Source of the DNA: a virus
IMG/VR virus record: IMGVR_UViG_2932987669_000001
Coordinates: 1 to 20,544 of that record
Reading direction: 5' to 3' (one strand)
DNA length: 20,544 nucleotides
Position 1 is the first letter of the stretch; each line of letters begins with the position of its first letter. The notes under the pieces are model-generated. The model had not been told where the DNA came from and did not search any database. It saw nothing but the letters and a program-made list of their open reading frames with translations. This document shows positions 17,761-20,544 of the stretch, piece after piece. The position numbers were made by a program, and so were the translations under genes.

Positions 17761-17801
17761 GGTTGGAGACTAACTACAAAAATGAACCCTGAATCGGGTC
17801 A
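17761..17801 (-). promoter_or_regulatory. Copy 6 of bipartite motif (minus strand)
   Basis: Minus strand reads TGACCCG, 16 nt, TGTAGTTAG, TCTCCAACC; oriented toward the minus-strand gene. Confidence 0.75.
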
Positions 17802-18047
17802 AAGGAGATCGTTTTCGTCGTTTTGTGGACCCGCCCCGTCATGGCTCGCCAGTGCCCATCAAACAGGTCAGCCTGGGCGTGATCCGTTCAGAATGGTCAC
17901 GCCAAGCTGGCCGTGGGGCCGGTCCTCGTTAGAAAACGGGGCAATGTGAGAAGCGCGGAGGCAGGATCAATGGGCATTGCGCCAAATGGGTGCGATCTGG
18001 AATGAACAACCCGAAGAGTTCGGTCATGCTTAACATGCTTGCTTTGT

Positions 18048-18382
18048 AATGCTGAAAGAGGAAGGTGTTAGTTGTTGGTTTCATTCTCGGAAATATGCAC
18101 CCCTTTTATTTTGCATTTTTGCGTTTTTTCTTTTTTGGGCCTTCTCGACCTGCTGCCTACCTGGTCACCAGAGGCGTCCTTTTCAGCATTTATTTAGGAG
18201 CATTTTTCCGCCTTACTACTAACTAAACTAACTATTTTAATATAAATATATATAATACAACAGTTTAGGTCTGGTGGTTGCGCCGGTGGTCCTGGTGGTA
18301 GTTCTTCAGGAACAACTCGCCAGGGGGTCTGGGATCTTCGGTTAAGGGTTAAACTAAGTTGTTGAATTCATTAATCTTAACC
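18048..18382. other. AT-rich non-coding region with inverted repeats; putative replication origin
   Basis: Pure A/T run TATTTTAATATAAATATATATAATA; CTAACTA repeated; inverted repeats 18048-18057/18181-18190 and 18088-18101/18197-18210; IHF-like TAAGTTGTTGAAT (18355-18367). Confidence 0.4.
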
Positions 18383-18408
18383 AGTGTAGCTTTTGAGTTG
18401 TCACGGAT

Positions 18409-18783
18409 TCAGTGAACTGGCGCTGGCTCGCCCCCTTGACCAACGACCTGTGCTCGGACGTTCTGAACGGCGACAGCAACTGTTTGAAGCCAAGCAGGAT
18501 CCTGGGACCGATTCCGGCTCCTTCCAAGTGCGCCCTCAACCGGTTCAGATTTTTCGGCCTGATGTCCTGTCAGAGTGATGAAAGTGGCCACCCCCGATTC
18601 ATAGAGCCCTGCTTTCGGGCATCCCTGCGCCAACGCCAGGTCCGCAATCACTTCGACTGTTTTCCGAGCTAGCTCCGATCGGCTTCCAAAAGAAAAGGCA
18701 CCATCGTCGGCCTGGTCACTGGCCGGGAAACCATTCAGCAGGTTACGACGCGTTTCTTCGGCTATCGCCAGGAACTCGGACAC
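18409..18783 (-). CDS. Hypothetical protein or gene remnant
   Basis: 124-aa ORF, GTG start, no clear RBS or motif. Confidence 0.25.
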   Translation of the reverse strand: MSEFLAIAEETRRNLLNGFPASDQADDGAFSFGSRSELARKTVEVIADLALAQGCPKAGLYESGVATFITLTGHQAEKSEPVEGALGRSRNRSQDPAWLQTVAVAVQNVRAQVVGQGGEPAPVH

Positions 18784-19152
18784 CGGCTCGGAGCCTTCAG
18801 TGATGCACGGATCCTCGCTTGGCGGCCTGAATGCCGGTTCCGCGGTTTAGTGGTCCTGGCAGTTTGTCGAGATTCTGTTTGCCGTACCCTTGTCAAGCCC
18901 ATCTGATGGCACAGCCTGGCGAATTACATGGGGCCCGGTTTCCGAAAACTACAGCTTTCGCCAGTGCTCTCCTCGGATTCCCCGAGCCGCCCATGGGCCA
19001 ACGAAAGAAAACATCCCGCAGGAGCACAACGACACCCAGGACTCCTGTCGGCTTCGTTGGCGGCGTTCTTTGACGGAGCCTGATCTTGACGGTTGCGATC
19101 AGCTCGCTCCGATCGTTGGCGGGAAGGCTGTCGACCATTCTTCAAATACGGG

Positions 19153-19193
19153 TGACCCGATCCGCATTTGAAATCTGTAGTTAGTCCTCAACC
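19153..19193 (+). promoter_or_regulatory. Copy 7 of bipartite motif, upstream of the late/packaging-like region
   Basis: TGACCCG (19153-19159), 16 nt, TGTAGTTAG (19176-19184), TCCTCAACC. Confidence 0.75.
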
Positions 19194-19359
19194 GGGCAAC
19201 TTGCTTCCCGGTAACCATCGGATCGGCTACCGGGCCACGTGCTGGAAGTCGATCACCGGAACCGGCACCGATTGGTGTCGTGAAGACCAGCACGTGGAAG
19301 GAAAAAGGAAATATGTATGACCACGTTCAAAATTCTCAAAGCACCGAGACTTGAGACAC

Positions 19360-19695
19360 ATGAGTAGGAGTGCGGATTTGACTGAACAGGTAACTTCGAG
19401 AAGGCAAGGCGGCCCTGATTCGGCATTGACTGACGTGGAGCTGGGCATGATGCAGACCTTGGACCGGGCCAGTATTGCCACCGAGGCCATCGTGACGACC
19501 TTGATGATCCTGGCGGACGAAGGTTCGGACCAGGATGTAATGTTGCGGATCCTGGCGGATGCCGCATCGGCGAACAAGGCGATTGTGGGTGCGATTTCGG
19601 CTGTGAATGAGACTGAAAGGAAAGGGGTTGGTGAGGAACGAAAGGCATCGAGAACGGGGCGTCATGGATCGGCTTCGGAGTTCATCGGGCTTTGA
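19360..19695 (+). CDS. Hypothetical helical protein (start uncertain)
   Basis: ORF downstream of motif copy 7; amphipathic helical composition; weak RBS. Confidence 0.45.
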   Translation: MSRSADLTEQVTSRRQGGPDSALTDVELGMMQTLDRASIATEAIVTTLMILADEGSDQDVMLRILADAASANKAIVGAISAVNETERKGVGEERKASRTGRHGSASEFIGL

Positions 19696-19796
19696 TAAGT
19701 TCTGTTTATGGCGATCGTTGAAGGAGAAAACAAAATTAATGCAGTTTTTTGCCCCCTTTCAGTTCAACGGGTTCAAATTAATCGGAGGTAGCAATT

Positions 19797-20330
19797 TTGG
19801 CAGGAAAAAATTCCCAAGGCTTGAGCAAAAGCGACCTGGCCGATCTCAAAGCCTGGCAAAAGAACAGCGATGTCCAGGTGGGTCCCGGCGCACCGAAAGG
19901 AAATGCGAATGCGCTCAAGTCCGGCATCTTCTCCAACAAGGTGTTGGACCCCGACGAACTCAAGCTGTACCGAGCCATCATCGACGCGCTCAACGAGGAC
20001 TTTACCTTCAACCGGTCGTCCGATCGGCTCCAGTGCGAACTGGTCGGGGTGAACTACGTCAAGCTTGCGCGGGCCTTCGCCGCTGGCGATTTCGAGAACG
20101 CCGAGCGGATCGACCGGATGGTCCGGTACCACTTGAAGGACCTGAAGGCCACGAAGTCGGCCCGCGAAGGCGAGACGACCAAGAACGAGCCGCAAACCAC
20201 ACCCGCCGAATGGGCCACCGCACTGCTCGAACGGGTCGCCGAGGCCAAGATCGAATTGAGCAGCGACGATCCCGAAGCGGATGCCGACGCCGCCGAGAAG
20301 CCCAAGTCCCGGAAAAGGCGAAAAAAATAG
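19797..20330 (+). CDS. Terminase small subunit-like / phage DNA-packaging-associated protein
   Basis: GGAGGT RBS before TTG. Motif PGAPKGNANALKSGIFS resembles the GAPxGNxNAxKHG segment of small terminase-like proteins. Confidence 0.55.
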   Translation: MAGKNSQGLSKSDLADLKAWQKNSDVQVGPGAPKGNANALKSGIFSNKVLDPDELKLYRAIIDALNEDFTFNRSSDRLQCELVGVNYVKLARAFAAGDFENAERIDRMVRYHLKDLKATKSAREGETTKNEPQTTPAEWATALLERVAEAKIELSSDDPEADADAAEKPKSRKRRKK

Positions 20331-20475
20331 CGACTTTGCCAAAAAGGTTATTTCGCGAGCCTTTGGGCCAAGCGCCTCCTCGTTCACCCCTTCAGGCCGG
20401 TTTCGCAAATAACCAAAAGTTAGTCGACATTTTCCAATCCCCGAAACGACTGTTTCCGAAACACGAAGATCAAAA

Positions 20476-20525
20476 AAGCCCGTGGTTCCATCCGCCGAAA
20501 AAATCGCGGATAAAACCACGGGCTT
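20476..20525. repeat. Long inverted repeat/hairpin
   Basis: AAGCCCGTGGTT/AACCACGGGCTT (12 bp perfect) enclosing ATCCG-C-CGA [AAAAA] TCG-CGGAT. Confidence 0.7.
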
Positions 20526-20544
20526 CCATTCGAAACCGAGCCGT

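Larger units (their letters stand above)
2414..20544 (+). mobile_element. Prophage- or satellite-like integrative element; ends not defined, continues to the right and possibly to the left
   Basis: Serine integrase module, sigma factor, phage recombination/replication genes and a terminase-small-like gene, tied together by one shared promoter-like motif. Confidence 0.85.

Noticed and set aside
18831-19171. Several short overlapping ORFs on both strands
   Set aside because: No RBS, motif or consistent frame; possibly decayed sequence.

Overview
This window is mostly a prophage- or satellite-like integrative element. The left end (1-2135) holds two AT-rich, minus-strand genes that look like nuclease/defence cargo. 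They are followed by an integration module (small ORF, DUF2924-like protein, large serine recombinase, HTH accessory protein) and a regulatory module (conserved hypothetical protein, long structured leader, ECF-like sigma factor). Next is a co-oriented recombination/replication operon: Cas4/AddB-like PD-(D/E)XK exonuclease, Sak4-like AAA ATPase, DUF669 SSB-like protein, ERCC4 nuclease, RecD2 helicase and a 1124-aa primase-helicase. A convergent hypothetical gene, an AT-rich origin-like region and a small-terminase-like gene close the window. Two signals stand out. (1) A stand-alone RAMP/Cas7-fold-like gene (9385-9951) is directly preceded by a GGC-NN pentamer tract (9320-9364), with no CRISPR array or cas operon in the window; it is a candidate RNA-guided module. 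(2) Seven copies of a bipartite motif TGAnnSG-N16-(T/G)GTA(G/T)TTAG with an invariant 16-nt spacer sit in front of the transcription units; they are probably the promoters of the element's own sigma factor. All family assignments come from motif recognition by eye, not from database searches.
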